From: Ignicoccus islandicus DSM 13165
GTDB lineage: Archaea > Thermoproteota > Thermoprotei_A > Sulfolobales > Ignicoccaceae
Direction: 5' to 3'
DNA: 32,000 nucleotides
NCBI RefSeq assembly: GCF_001481685.1
Contig: NZ_CP006867.1
Span: 120,001 to 152,000, forward strand
How positions within the stretch are numbered: the stretch's first letter is position 1; each line of letters begins with the position of its first letter. The position numbers and the translations under genes were made by a program. Below, one piece after another: positions 17,076 to 27,240 of the stretch. Under the pieces are notes generated by a model that saw only the letters and a program-made list of their open reading frames with translations, had not been told where the DNA came from and did not search any database.

Positions 17076-18251
17076 GTGAGCTCGTTGAGTGAGAAGACTA
17101 CTATTAGCGTTATTAAAGCGGATATAGGTTCTCTTGCTGGTCACCATACCGTTCACCCAGATTGTATGGCGGCCGCCTCGCGAGTATTGGCCGAAGGTAA
17201 GAGGGAAGGCGTAATAGAGGACTTCTACGTAACTCACGTCGGTGACGACCTAGTCCTCATCATGACTCATAGGAAAGGTAAGGACAATAAGGACGTTCAC
17301 ACCCTAGCGTGGAACGCTTTCAAGGAAGCCACGAAGGTATCTAAGGAACTGGGCCTATACGCAGCCGGTCAAGACTTGCTAAGCGACGCCTTCTCCGGTA
17401 ACGTTAGAGGCTTGGGTCCAGCGGCGGCTGAAATGGAGATAGTAGAGAGACCCAGCGAACCTATCGTAATATTCGCTGCTGACAAGACAGAGCCTGGCGC
17501 GTTCAACCTACCTTTATTCAGGATATTTGCGGATCCCTTCAACACTGCTGGTCTAGTAATAGACCCCAGGTTACACATAGGCTTCACCTTCGAAGTGGTT
17601 GACGTATTCGAAGACAAAGGAGTACACATGAACAGCCCCGAAGAAATGTACGATATCCTCGCGCTCATCGGAACTCCCTCTAGGTACGTAATTAGAAGAG
17701 TTTTCCGTAAGGACGATGGTAGAATAGCTGCTGTAGTGGCCGTTGAAAGGCTCAACCTCATCGCAGGAAAGTACGTAGGAAAGGATGACCCCGTCATGAT
17801 AGTAAGAGCGCAGAGCGGATTCCCCGCCGTGGGCGAAATCCTAGAGCCCTTCGCCTTCCCCCACATGGTGGCTGGATGGATGAGGGGATCCCACTTCGGT
17901 CCTCTAATGCCCGTTCCAGTAAGGGACGCTAGGCCCACGAGGTTCGATGGACCGCCAAGGGTAATAGCCCTCGGATTCCAAGTTAAGGACGCTAAGCTAA
18001 TCGGTCCAAGCGACTTATTCGATGACCCAGCCTTCGATAAGGCTAGGCAAGTGGCCAACGAAGTTACCGATTACATAAGGAGGCACGGCCCCTTCATGCC
18101 TCACCGTCTAGATCCCAGTGAAATGGAGTACACTACCTTACCTCAGGTACTAGAGAAGCTTAAGGACAGGTTTAAGCCAGTAAAGGACCTACCCGAGCCC
18201 AAGATTAAACACAGCGAGATGCTAAGCGGGACCGAAGAAGCCCACGACTAA
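17076..18251 (+). CDS. fbp: Bifunctional fructose-1,6-bisphosphate aldolase/phosphatase (class V)
   Basis: Characteristic ISVIKADIGSLAGHHTVHPD N-terminus, GQDLLSDAFSGNVRGLGPAAAEME, KTEPGAFNLPLFRIFADPFNTAGLVIDP; GTG start. Confidence 0.95.
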   Translation: MSSLSEKTTISVIKADIGSLAGHHTVHPDCMAAASRVLAEGKREGVIEDFYVTHVGDDLVLIMTHRKGKDNKDVHTLAWNAFKEATKVSKELGLYAAGQDLLSDAFSGNVRGLGPAAAEMEIVERPSEPIVIFAADKTEPGAFNLPLFRIFADPFNTAGLVIDPRLHIGFTFEVVDVFEDKGVHMNSPEEMYDILALIGTPSRYVIRRVFRKDDGRIAAVVAVERLNLIAGKYVGKDDPVMIVRAQSGFPAVGEILEPFAFPHMVAGWMRGSHFGPLMPVPVRDARPTRFDGPPRVIALGFQVKDAKLIGPSDLFDDPAFDKARQVANEVTDYIRRHGPFMPHRLDPSEMEYTTLPQVLEKLKDRFKPVKDLPEPKIKHSEMLSGTEEAHD

Positions 18252-18266
18252 ATTTTTTATTTCTGT

Positions 18267-18917
18267 TTGATCCAGACCCCTCTAGGTTTCGAAATGCTCA
18301 GGGGAGATTACAAGGAGATTGCTCTTAGAACGATTCTGGTAACCCCCAGCGGAGCCTTCAGTCCGGGTCTCCTTAGCGCGGCAGCAGTAGCCGTTGGAAC
18401 TTCGCTAGGGCCCGTAGGGGGACTTATAGTCAGTACTGGTCACGTCGCCTTCGAGCTGCCTTACGTTTTCGTTTTAAGTAAGCTAATGGGGAAACTCAAA
18501 CCGGTAATAAGACGACTAGAGAAGCCGCTTTCGTTAATTGTACTAGCTTTCTCGTTGTTCTTCGCGTGGGGATTGATTCAAGGAGGTTCGGCTCAAAGCA
18601 ACGTAAGCGTAAGCGACGCTTTCCTTGCAGGATTCGTGTTCACCGCGTCCAACGTATACTTCCTATTGTGGTGGGCAACGATAGGCCTGCCTCTCGTAGA
18701 ACTAACTGAAGGAAGGATAGATAAATTCCTAGTTATGTACAGTTCGCACGCTTGGCTTGACTACCTATGGTTGGGATTGCTAGCTGGGATAGGGAACGTG
18801 TCCAACTTATTGGGACCCTATCAAATAGCGTTTAACGCGACTCTAGCTGCATTGCTAGTGATCTTTGCCCTAGATATAACCCTACGAAGCTTCTTTGGGA
18901 AATCGTTACTTCCTTAA
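18267..18917 (+). CDS. LysE-family-like membrane transporter
   Basis: About six TM segments, TSLGPVGGLIVSTGHVAFELPYV and FTASNVYFLLWWATIGLPLV resemble LysE/RhtB architecture. The start may instead be ATG 18294. Confidence 0.65.
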   Translation: MIQTPLGFEMLRGDYKEIALRTILVTPSGAFSPGLLSAAAVAVGTSLGPVGGLIVSTGHVAFELPYVFVLSKLMGKLKPVIRRLEKPLSLIVLAFSLFFAWGLIQGGSAQSNVSVSDAFLAGFVFTASNVYFLLWWATIGLPLVELTEGRIDKFLVMYSSHAWLDYLWLGLLAGIGNVSNLLGPYQIAFNATLAALLVIFALDITLRSFFGKSLLP

Positions 18918-19829
18918 AACTTCGTCTATTACGACGTTCATTAACCTATTCAACAACCTTAGGCTTCTGACCTTGGAAGGGTCTCTCGAAACGGCCGCGG
19001 AACTCACTAATCCCTTCGTGCTCTGATCGTACAGGGCTGCATCGAAAGGCAATATTGCAACGACCTTAGCTCCTAGGCTGTTCTGAAGTTTCTTAGCTTC
19101 GAGCAATATTTTCTTGCTTTCTTGCGGGTTAGCGAGCATCGCTGGCGGAACCTTGTTTACCACTAAGGCTAGTATTTTCCCAGGGAACAACGTTTTCGCT
19201 AAATACTCAGTTTGCTGGAAGCTTTGCGGTAAGTGATCGACCACTACTATGAGCCACTTGGAGGTTACGTCAACTATTTCCTTGAACGCGTTTAAGCCCA
19301 TCCACGAGGGCACTTGGAAGTCGTTTATGAGTATCTCACCGGCGGTGGCCATGTGCTTGGCTAGCAAGTTAGCCCTCTCGTCCCTTTCCGGATAGTTTGG
19401 CTTACCTAGCGCCTCCAGTATTTTGTCCGTTACTGCGCCGTAGCTCCTAGTAGGTGGTGAAAGGAATATAGAGAGAGGCCTACCTCCTTCTTCCCTCTTT
19501 ACCTTTACTTTAATGACGGCCTTTACTGGATCGTTTCCGCAATCACCGGCTACGAAGTCCCAAGCACCGCAATCCACGTTCCAGTCGCTTCCCAGAATTC
19601 TCAACGTAGCTCTCGCGTTGTATGGGTCCCAATCTATAAGAGATGGAAACACGCCTTTTCTAGCAACTAAGAAACTCATTTCTATCGCTATTGCCGTTTT
19701 CCCTACTCCTCCCTTGAAACCGACTATACCGATGCTATTTGGAGGCGGTTCCAATTTCTTAGTGCCTTCCTTGCTCTTTCTCTTGAAAAGCGGCATTTCA
19801 CTACTACCGAGTAGTTGAAGCAGTTCCAT
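18906..19829 (-). CDS. ParA/MinD/Mrp-type deviant-Walker ATPase
   Basis: IVGFKGGVGKTAIAIEMSFLVARKG deviant Walker A, LIDWDPYNARATL, LIVVVDHLPQSFQQTEYL and ALVVNKVPP. Confidence 0.82.
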   Translation of the reverse strand: MELLQLLGSSEMPLFKRKSKEGTKKLEPPPNSIGIVGFKGGVGKTAIAIEMSFLVARKGVFPSLIDWDPYNARATLRILGSDWNVDCGAWDFVAGDCGNDPVKAVIKVKVKREEGGRPLSIFLSPPTRSYGAVTDKILEALGKPNYPERDERANLLAKHMATAGEILINDFQVPSWMGLNAFKEIVDVTSKWLIVVVDHLPQSFQQTEYLAKTLFPGKILALVVNKVPPAMLANPQESKKILLEAKKLQNSLGAKVVAILPFDAALYDQSTKGLVSSAAVSRDPSKVRSLRLLNRLMNVVIDEVLRK

Positions 19830-19843
19830 ATTTATTTACGTTT

Positions 19844-21097
19844 TTAAGAAACGATCGCGTACCCTCTTAGGTCGTAAAAAGTATAGTCAGTAATCTTCGC
19901 TTTCGCGTTCTCACCCAGCTTCCCGTTCTCCAAAACGACTGGTATGTAATTGTTCATTCTTCCTACGAACGTTCCATGCTTCTCGTCGTACTCATCAATG
20001 AATACTTCCACTATCTTATCGAGGTATTTCCTATGCACCTCTTCGCCTACTTTAATCATGACGTCGTAAACCTCCTTGACCCTCCTAGACTTAACCATTT
20101 CACTTACCTGTTTCATTCTCGCAGCTAAGGTCAAAGGTCGAGGAGTATATGCGGCAATGTGAACTCTTTCGAACTTAAGCTCCTTTAAGGCTTCTATGGT
20201 CATTAAGTGATCTTCGTCGGTTTCATTGGGAAATCCTACGAGGATATCGGTCGCTATGCTGGGATCACCGAACTTCCCCCTAACCTCCTTTACTATTGAC
20301 TTATATTGGTCATAAGTGTACTTCCTTCCCATGAGTTTCAGTAATTTGTCGCTCGCGCTCTGTAAGGGTAAGTGAAAGAACTTGAAAACCCTCTCGTCCT
20401 TCATGATATCCATTAGCTCATCCATAATCTCTTCAAACGTATCTGGATTCATCATACCCACCCTTACTTTCACGCCTTCTGGAAGGTTCTCCAACAACTC
20501 TTCTAGGAGGTTCGCCAAGTTAGTACCGAGATCTCTACCGTAAGCGGCAGCGTCCGGCGCGGTTAACCATATTTCCTTTGAACCTCTCTCAACTGCTTCG
20601 AGAGCGTATCTAATCACGCTTTCCGGTCTTTGACTCTTAAGAACGGGTCTGGCTACCTTGGTTATACAGAAGGTGCAATTGCCCAAGCATCCATCTGCTA
20701 TAGGGATAACAGTAACGAACTTGCCTAGGGGTCCCTTAAGCCAATTTTCAGGTCTTTCGTAACCGAGTAGATTTCTACCATAGAGTATGGCCTCGGTTAT
20801 TCGATGCATCATGCCGTTACTTACTACTACTGCTTTCGGTGAGAACGCCTTTATCAAACCGGGTTGGGCGGAAGCCAAGCAGCCGGTTACAATTACCCTC
20901 TCGTACCTCCTAGAAAGCTCCTTAATTCTAGCTATCATTCTCTGTTCCGTTTCGCTTCTAACTGTGCAAGTGAATACGAGCGCTACGTCGCCCTCTTCGT
21001 TGCTCACTTCAAAGCCATTCTCGACTAGATCGCTTAGGACCCTTTCAGCTTCTCCCCTCATTACGGCGCAACCGTAGATTTCGTAGTATACCTTCAT
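19844..21097 (-). CDS. tRNA threonylcarbamoyladenosine methylthiotransferase (MtaB/CDKAL1-like radical SAM)
   Basis: YEIYGCAVMRGEAERV, VTGCLASAQP, DGCLGNCTFCIT radical-SAM motif, GFPNETDEDHLMT; TRAM-like C-terminus. Confidence 0.88.
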   Translation of the reverse strand: MKVYYEIYGCAVMRGEAERVLSDLVENGFEVSNEEGDVALVFTCTVRSETEQRMIARIKELSRRYERVIVTGCLASAQPGLIKAFSPKAVVVSNGMMHRITEAILYGRNLLGYERPENWLKGPLGKFVTVIPIADGCLGNCTFCITKVARPVLKSQRPESVIRYALEAVERGSKEIWLTAPDAAAYGRDLGTNLANLLEELLENLPEGVKVRVGMMNPDTFEEIMDELMDIMKDERVFKFFHLPLQSASDKLLKLMGRKYTYDQYKSIVKEVRGKFGDPSIATDILVGFPNETDEDHLMTIEALKELKFERVHIAAYTPRPLTLAARMKQVSEMVKSRRVKEVYDVMIKVGEEVHRKYLDKIVEVFIDEYDEKHGTFVGRMNNYIPVVLENGKLGENAKAKITDYTFYDLRGYAIVS

Positions 21098-21223
21098 ACC
21101 CGTTCACCGAAAGCGTTCGAATTTCCTATTCGCTCCCTTTGGTACGCTTCAACAAATAAGTTTAGAGTTGGGGTAATCTTTTTACGAAGGACTCGATAGC
21201 CGCAACGGACGAAGGCGAAGAGA

Positions 21224-22297
21224 TTGAGGCCAGTACACGAGATAGACTTAATGAAGAAAGTCGTGGTGGGTAGGGGGGTAAGAAGCAAGCTTCCGGAGGT
21301 GCTCAAGGAACTAGGTAATTACAAGGAAGTAGCCATAGTGAGCGGACCACACGTAGCGTCCACGTGGGGCAAAGAAATAAAGGAAATACTTGAGGACGGG
21401 GGATTCGACGTTCACATAGTGATTGTAAGAAGACCTACCAAGGACGACGCTGAAGCTGCATACGAGGAAGTCAAGACTACGGGTTCCGACGTAGTAGTTG
21501 GCGTCGGAGGCGGTAAGGCCATAGATGCGGCTAAGTACGTAGCCCATAAGCTTAACCTCGATGTAGTGAGCTTTCCCACTGCCGCTAGTCACGACGGCAT
21601 CGCTTCGCCGTTCTCGTCCCTAAGAGGGATGAACGGGCCTACGAGCGTTAAGACGGTTGCGCCAATAGCTATAGTAGCCGATACAGAGGTCATTGTAAAA
21701 GCACCCAGGGAATTGAATCTAGCTGGTGTTGGGGACCTATTAGGGAAATTCTCTGCAGTAAAAGACTGGAGGCTTGCCCACAAGCTGAAGGGCGAGTACT
21801 ACGGCTCGTACGCGGCGTCCCTCTCGCTAATGAGCGCGAAACACGTCCTGAAGTACTTGACTGCGCTTAAGCGAATGGACGAAATGGGCGTTAGAATACT
21901 GGTTGAGGGCCTAATTTCATCGGGAGTGGCCATGTGTATAGCCGGTTCGTCCAGGCCAGCTAGCGGCAGCGAGCACTTGTTCTCCCACGCACTTGATATA
22001 GTTGCGAACTATCCGGCTAGGCACGGCGAACAAGTGGCCATTGGAAGCGTTATGATGCTTTACCTATACGATTCGAAGTATTGGAAGAAAGTGAGGAAAG
22101 CCATAGAAGTGTTGGGCTTACCGAGGAACGCTAAGGAACTAGGCGTCTCTGAAGACAAAATAATAGAAGCGTTGCTAATCGCCCATAAGATACGGCCTGA
22201 GAGATATACTATTCTCGGCGAAGAAGGTCTAACAAGGGAAGCAGCCGAGAACTTAGCTAGAAGGACTGGAGTAATAGGGGACGAACCGGAAGAATGA
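21224..22297 (+). CDS. egsA: sn-glycerol-1-phosphate dehydrogenase (archaeal lipid backbone)
   Basis: [43 protein letters not shown] and [16 protein letters not shown], signature G1PDH blocks. Confidence 0.92.
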   Translation: MRPVHEIDLMKKVVVGRGVRSKLPEVLKELGNYKEVAIVSGPHVASTWGKEIKEILEDGGFDVHIVIVRRPTKDDAEAAYEEVKTTGSDVVVGVGGGKAIDAAKYVAHKLNLDVVSFPTAASHDGIASPFSSLRGMNGPTSVKTVAPIAIVADTEVIVKAPRELNLAGVGDLLGKFSAVKDWRLAHKLKGEYYGSYAASLSLMSAKHVLKYLTALKRMDEMGVRILVEGLISSGVAMCIAGSSRPASGSEHLFSHALDIVANYPARHGEQVAIGSVMMLYLYDSKYWKKVRKAIEVLGLPRNAKELGVSEDKIIEALLIAHKIRPERYTILGEEGLTREAAENLARRTGVIGDEPEE

Positions 22298-23067
22298 AAC
22301 GATGGATCTTGAAGTGGCGCGAGATCGGTGGCGAAAAGGTATCAGCTATAGGTTTAGGCTCATGGGACGTAAGGAACCCAAAGGCTTTCTTGGAAGTTTT
22401 GTTAGAGGCCTTCTCGCGTGGAGTTAACTTGGTAGACACTGCTGAAATGTACAAAACGGAACCTATAATAGGGGAAGCGCTCGCTGCCTATGGAGACAAG
22501 GACTCGATTTTCGTCACGACGAAGCTCTATCCATGGCATTTGAAGGACGAAGAGGAATGCTTCAAAGCGTTGGAAAGACAAAGGGAGAGGTTGGGGAAGG
22601 TTCCGGATCTCACGCTCGTTCACTGGCCTGAAGACATCGCGACCGAGGTTAGAGTGCTGGAAAAGGCGGCTGAGAAGGGTTTGACCAGAATGATAGGCGT
22701 GTCCAACGTAAACAAGGAGCAACTAGAGGTTGCCCTAAGTTCAACTAAGAAACACCCTATAGTAGCCGTTCAAAATAAATACTCATACACCTTCAGGAGG
22801 ACGGAGGAACTCATTCCAATTCTCGAGGAAAGAAACATCGCCCTCCAGGCTCACACTCCATTGGATAAAGGCAAGTTTCCTCGGAACCTCCTAGAAGTCG
22901 CTAGCGAAGTGCAGTTACCGCCAGCAACGGTAGCTCTCCTCTTCCTACTCTCTAGATCTAAAGTTGTTATACCGATACCAAAGACAGAGAACAAGAAGCA
23001 TCTAGAGGAGATATTGCTTGCTTTAGAGACGGAACTACCCGAAGAGGCCTTGAGGAAGCTAGAATGA
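22294..23067 (+). CDS. Aldo/keto reductase
   Basis: [46 protein letters not shown] motifs; ATGA overlap with the preceding gene. Confidence 0.88.
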   Translation: MKRWILKWREIGGEKVSAIGLGSWDVRNPKAFLEVLLEAFSRGVNLVDTAEMYKTEPIIGEALAAYGDKDSIFVTTKLYPWHLKDEEECFKALERQRERLGKVPDLTLVHWPEDIATEVRVLEKAAEKGLTRMIGVSNVNKEQLEVALSSTKKHPIVAVQNKYSYTFRRTEELIPILEERNIALQAHTPLDKGKFPRNLLEVASEVQLPPATVALLFLLSRSKVVIPIPKTENKKHLEEILLALETELPEEALRKLE

Positions 23068-23589
23068 AATTCCCTTAACGTACAAATAGAGCGTATGGTA
23101 AGAATGAGCGTCCTCGAACCTCCTAACGACAGTAGGTTTCCAAGAGGCCATAGGAAACTCGTAGCTCACGACCCTAGCGTTTTTAGGTAATTCTTTCTCC
23201 AACCTTCTCCTTATGGCTTCCATTAAGTCCGGCAATAGGAACATGGTAACTACAGTAGGTTCAACGAAGCTGACGTTCAATACGTTCCCGTGTATTATAG
23301 TCACTCTTCCCTCTAGTCCTCTCTTCTTCACCTCTTCTCTGGAAATTTCAACTAACTCCCTCCTTATTTCAATTCCAACAGCCTTTTTCACGCCGAACTC
23401 CTCTACGGCAATTATTAACACCCTCCCGTCTCCGGAGCCTAGGTCATATAGGACGTCGTCTCTTCCCGCCTTCGCTAGCTTCAACATTTCCCTAACTACG
23501 TGATGAGGAGTAGGGACGTAGGGGACATCGAAACCCAGTTCCGGGAAGAAAGGTATCTTGAACTGTTCCAAATAGGTCCTCCTACTCAA
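23059..23589 (-). CDS. SAM-dependent methyltransferase similar to archaeal protein lysine methyltransferase aKMT
   Basis: DVPYVPTPHHVVREMLKLAKAGRDDVLYDLGSGDGRVLIIA...KKAVGIEI...VVTMFLLPDLME; matches the Sulfolobus aKMT layout as remembered. Confidence 0.8.
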   Translation of the reverse strand: MSRRTYLEQFKIPFFPELGFDVPYVPTPHHVVREMLKLAKAGRDDVLYDLGSGDGRVLIIAVEEFGVKKAVGIEIRRELVEISREEVKKRGLEGRVTIIHGNVLNVSFVEPTVVTMFLLPDLMEAIRRRLEKELPKNARVVSYEFPMASWKPTVVRRFEDAHSYHTLYLYVKGISF

Positions 23590-23617
23590 CGCTCGAGGTA
23601 GAACCAGATAAGCTTTC

Positions 23618-26335
23618 TCACCAGAACCTCTTAGTTTTCAAGTAGACTTTTTCTGCCTTTATTATTGCGTCTATTAAGTCTTCCCTGCCGGTTACCCATC
23701 TTTCCAAGACCTTTGACGCTGTAGTTGCGCCTATGCCCCTTCCCGCTAAGGCCATTAGGGCGTTCCTTCCGTACAACGCCACCAAATTGGCCCTCTTCCT
23801 TGCCTCTTCCATTAGTTTCCTCTCGTCTCTCTTGAGCCTCTCACCCCGAGTAAACTTCGTTACTGCCGCTCTCAGCTCCTCCTCTGGGCGGAAGACCGGT
23901 ATCACTACCTTTGCTCCGCAACTGGGACACGTTAATGGTACGTCGGCTACTTTGCCTTCCCATTTCCTGCCGCAGAGTAAGCAATACATTTCCACGTCCT
24001 TTTTCTGAAGCCTTAATTTTACAGCCTCCTTGACGACGGACTTCGTATCGCTTACGTGGTCCTTGGCGTAAGCTTGGCCCTCTACCGCCCATCTGCTCTG
24101 AGCAGATAGCCCGACCTTCGTTACTATTTCATACGAATCTAATTCGCTTACTAGCTCCTTCGCTTTTTCTAAATCGATCTTTTCCGTAAGTATTTCCCTT
24201 ATGGCTTCTCTACCAGGTACCTCGTTCAGATAGGTTCTCCTTAGGCTCTTCTCGACTTTCCTTAACTCATCCAGACTCACCGTATTCCTATTTAATAACC
24301 CCATTCTAACCAACACCTTCATTAGCCTCCATGAGAACAGCTTCGACGTCTTTACGGCGCTCAATACTAGTTCCTCTATATCGAAATTCTTTAAAGAAAG
24401 CAATAGGTCCTTGGCTTCGTAAGGCGTCACCCTTGAGTTAACGAATATCATTACGTGGTAGGGCGTCGTATTGAAGGACGCCGATCCATACCTAAGCCTC
24501 GCTAACTCGCTTAACGCGTAAGCTAAGGCTAGGTTAACCTTACTTCCTCCATGCACGTTATAGACAATCAAGTTCCCCTCTACTTCTATCACTATTCTCT
24601 TATCGGTTGCAATGGGTGCGTTAATTTCGTTTAAGTAACTCCTTAACCTTTGGACGCTTTCGCGCGTTAATGGGTACGAACTTATCATCTTATCGAAGTT
24701 CCTCTTTAGCGCGCCGACTTCCCTTGCGATCTCGTATTCAACTGGTATCAGCTCCCCCTCCCAACAAGGAGGGGGTCCCTCACCGGAAGATTCCTCTACG
24801 TAAACGACTTCCCCTTCTATCCCAACTACTTTCCAGACCTTCCCTCCTAGAACGAACCTATCTCCCACGTTTAATTCCACTACGAACTCTTCATCGAGGG
24901 TTCCTACGAAGTGATTAGTTCCGTAAACCAATGCCTTGTATCTCTTGCTCTCCACTATAGGTCCAGTAGTCCTGTAGTATATTTCCCCCTTCTTCCTAGC
25001 TTTACACTTCCCTTCGGGATCGCATTCAATTAATCGGCTTTCCAACAACAAGTCAACTGTCTCTTCGAAGTCCCTCCTACTTAAGTTCCAATATGGAAAG
25101 GCTCTCCTTACTATATCGTATACCTCGTCCTTGCTCCTGGGCTCTTCCATAAGTATACCTACTATCTGATGAGCTAGCACGTCCAAGGGATTTAGGTGCA
25201 CGCTGAGCTTCTCTAAATTTCCCGATTGGGCCCTCCTTGCTATTACCACTGCCTCGAACGCCTCGTAGGGCTTCAAACCAGTTACGAGCGCCCCTTTGGG
25301 TCTCTCGTTCGGTTTGTGTTCAGCTCTACCGATCCTCTGCACCAAATTGGTGGCTCTTCTCGGAGAAGTAAATTGGATAACGTACTTGATTTGACCTATA
25401 TCTATTCCGAGTTCCAAGGAGGAAGTCGCCACTAACGCCTTCAACTTGCCTTCTCTAGCCGACTTTTCCGCCTCTTCCCTCTCTTTCTTTGATAGAGATC
25501 CGTGATGGACGGCAACGCCATCGAACTCTTCTCTAAGCCTCTTGCCTAGGACTTCAGCTGTATCTCTAGTATTGGTGAAGATTAGAACCGTACCATCAGT
25601 TCCAATTACTAGGTTCCTCAATCTATTTACCATCTCTTCAAAGTTCTCTTCAACGAAGACGCTTATTTCGGGTCTCTTCTCTCGTTCGTCCCTTACCTCA
25701 ACAACGTATCTACCGCTACCTAGGAACTTCTTGGCTAAGTCTATTTGAGAAATAGTTGCGCTTATGCCTAATCTCTGAAAGCTCGACAAGAGCGACAGCC
25801 TCTCGAGCGCTACTGAGAGCTCTACGCCCCTCTTGTCTTCAATTACCTCATGGAGCTCATCAACGATGACGAACTTGACGTTTCGCAGCCTCTCCCTCAT
25901 TTTCTTATTAACTAAGAGTATGTTAAGGCTTTCCGGCGTCGTTACCAGGACCTCCGGTGGCTTAGCGAGTATCTTCCTCCTCTTACTTTGAGGCGTATCT
26001 CCGTGCCATACGTCTACCTCTATTCCGACCTCCTTCAAGAGTTCGAACGCCCTAAGCCCTATGTCTCTATTGAGCGCTCTGAGGGGCGTTACGTATAGGA
26101 CGCGTAGCTCGCCATACAGACTCTTTTCAATTATTTGGGACGCAACTGGTAAGAGAGCGGCTTCCGTCTTACCGCTTCCAGTTGGTGCCATTATCAGTGT
26201 GTTGAAACCTCTTCGTATCACCGGTATCGCCTTCTCTTGAATGGGCGTTGGCTTCTCGATCCCCCTCCTCTTGAGCGCTTCCCTTAGCGCTTCCGGCAGT
26301 TCGTCGAAGACGTTCGTAGCACCCCTCATATTCAA
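23618..26335 (-). CDS. Superfamily 2 Lhr-type helicase with C-terminal zinc-finger-like domain
   Basis: PTPIQEKAIP, MAPTGSGKTEAALLP, VTTPESLNILL, VDELHEV, GISATI, LVQRIGRAEH; C-terminal CLLCGRKW...CPSCGAKV. Confidence 0.88.
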   Translation of the reverse strand: MNMRGATNVFDELPEALREALKRRGIEKPTPIQEKAIPVIRRGFNTLIMAPTGSGKTEAALLPVASQIIEKSLYGELRVLYVTPLRALNRDIGLRAFELLKEVGIEVDVWHGDTPQSKRRKILAKPPEVLVTTPESLNILLVNKKMRERLRNVKFVIVDELHEVIEDKRGVELSVALERLSLLSSFQRLGISATISQIDLAKKFLGSGRYVVEVRDEREKRPEISVFVEENFEEMVNRLRNLVIGTDGTVLIFTNTRDTAEVLGKRLREEFDGVAVHHGSLSKKEREEAEKSAREGKLKALVATSSLELGIDIGQIKYVIQFTSPRRATNLVQRIGRAEHKPNERPKGALVTGLKPYEAFEAVVIARRAQSGNLEKLSVHLNPLDVLAHQIVGILMEEPRSKDEVYDIVRRAFPYWNLSRRDFEETVDLLLESRLIECDPEGKCKARKKGEIYYRTTGPIVESKRYKALVYGTNHFVGTLDEEFVVELNVGDRFVLGGKVWKVVGIEGEVVYVEESSGEGPPPCWEGELIPVEYEIAREVGALKRNFDKMISSYPLTRESVQRLRSYLNEINAPIATDKRIVIEVEGNLIVYNVHGGSKVNLALAYALSELARLRYGSASFNTTPYHVMIFVNSRVTPYEAKDLLLSLKNFDIEELVLSAVKTSKLFSWRLMKVLVRMGLLNRNTVSLDELRKVEKSLRRTYLNEVPGREAIREILTEKIDLEKAKELVSELDSYEIVTKVGLSAQSRWAVEGQAYAKDHVSDTKSVVKEAVKLRLQKKDVEMYCLLCGRKWEGKVADVPLTCPSCGAKVVIPVFRPEEELRAAVTKFTRGERLKRDERKLMEEARKRANLVALYGRNALMALAGRGIGATTASKVLERWVTGREDLIDAIIKAEKVYLKTKRFW

Positions 26336-26397
26336 CCTTTCGACTTACCCTATGAGAGGTTAATGAAGTAAGTGCGTTTTACTTTAGCTCACTACAT

Positions 26398-26405
26398 ACT
26401 TTATA
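26398..26405 (+). promoter_or_regulatory. TATA-like box for the AGOG-like gene (CTTTATAAATT)
   Basis: A/T box about 45 nt upstream of ATG 26446. Confidence 0.4.
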
Positions 26406-26445
26406 AATTAATGTTACGAAACTGAAAGACGGGGTTTCAATTTTC

Positions 26446-27240
26446 ATGGATGTGGTAAAAGCACTCACAATATTAAAGAAGTACGTGGACTTGATTGAAG
26501 AGACCGACCCACAGTACAAGGCAATAAAGAAGCTAGTTGACGTCCTTGGGGATAAGGCACTTCCAATAATTGTAGGTAACGCGTTAATTAGTTACAGGTT
26601 AAGTAGCACTGGAGAGCAGTATTGGAACGAGTTGGCAGACTACTTCTCGAAGAACCCTAATAGCACTTTAGAAGAGTTCCTCAAACAAAGCAAGTTCAAT
26701 AGAGCCCTAAGGGAACAGAAACTAAAGAGGCTCAAGAAAGCGGAGGAACTACTGAAGGAGCTCTCCGAGGATCCCTTAAAGTTCTCAGATTTAGATCTCT
26801 TAAGATCGAGGTTAGCTGAAGTATTCAAGTCTAGGGGAACGGAAAAGACCATAGTATTCGCAGCCAAGATGGCCTATTACTTTTATAAGGCTAAGGGTAT
26901 TGAAGTAAAGGGAGACGTTCCATTACCTATAGATCTGAGAATAGCTACCCTCACTTGCACTTCGGGAGTACTATACGATGAACCTGAGAGAATAATGGAA
27001 GTTTTGAGAGAAGAAGCAATGAATAAGTGGAGCGAGATAGCCAAGGAAGCCGGTATCAAGACTTTGCACTTGGACGCAATACTTTGGGTTCCCATGAGGG
27101 GAGTTAGGGAAAAGCTCATGAAACAAGGCGTTGAAGAAGCGCGGGAGAAGTTCAAGTCCAACCTCGAGAGCTTGGGAGTGAAGGAAGCGGAGGAAGTTAG
27201 CAAATTACTAATAGTTAAGCCTTGTCCTTCTTCCACGTAG
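26446..27240 (+). CDS. Archaeal N-glycosylase/DNA lyase (AGOG, 8-oxoguanine DNA glycosylase)
   Basis: ALISYRLSSTGEQYWNELADYF, SKFNRALREQKLKRLKKAEELL, KTIVFAAKMAYYFYKA match the AGOG family. Confidence 0.85.
   Translation: MDVVKALTILKKYVDLIEETDPQYKAIKKLVDVLGDKALPIIVGNALISYRLSSTGEQYWNELADYFSKNPNSTLEEFLKQSKFNRALREQKLKRLKKAEELLKELSEDPLKFSDLDLLRSRLAEVFKSRGTEKTIVFAAKMAYYFYKAKGIEVKGDVPLPIDLRIATLTCTSGVLYDEPERIMEVLREEAMNKWSEIAKEAGIKTLHLDAILWVPMRGVREKLMKQGVEEAREKFKSNLESLGVKEAEEVSKLLIVKPCPSST

Noticed and set aside
17369-18058. 229-aa minus-strand ORF opposite fbp
   Set aside because: Long but fully antisense to the highly conserved FBP aldolase/phosphatase; explained by codon composition.
24670-24918. 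Short ORFs opposite the Lhr-type helicase (also 23733, 25226, 25542 on +)
   Set aside because: Shadow ORFs with low-complexity Ser/Leu composition.
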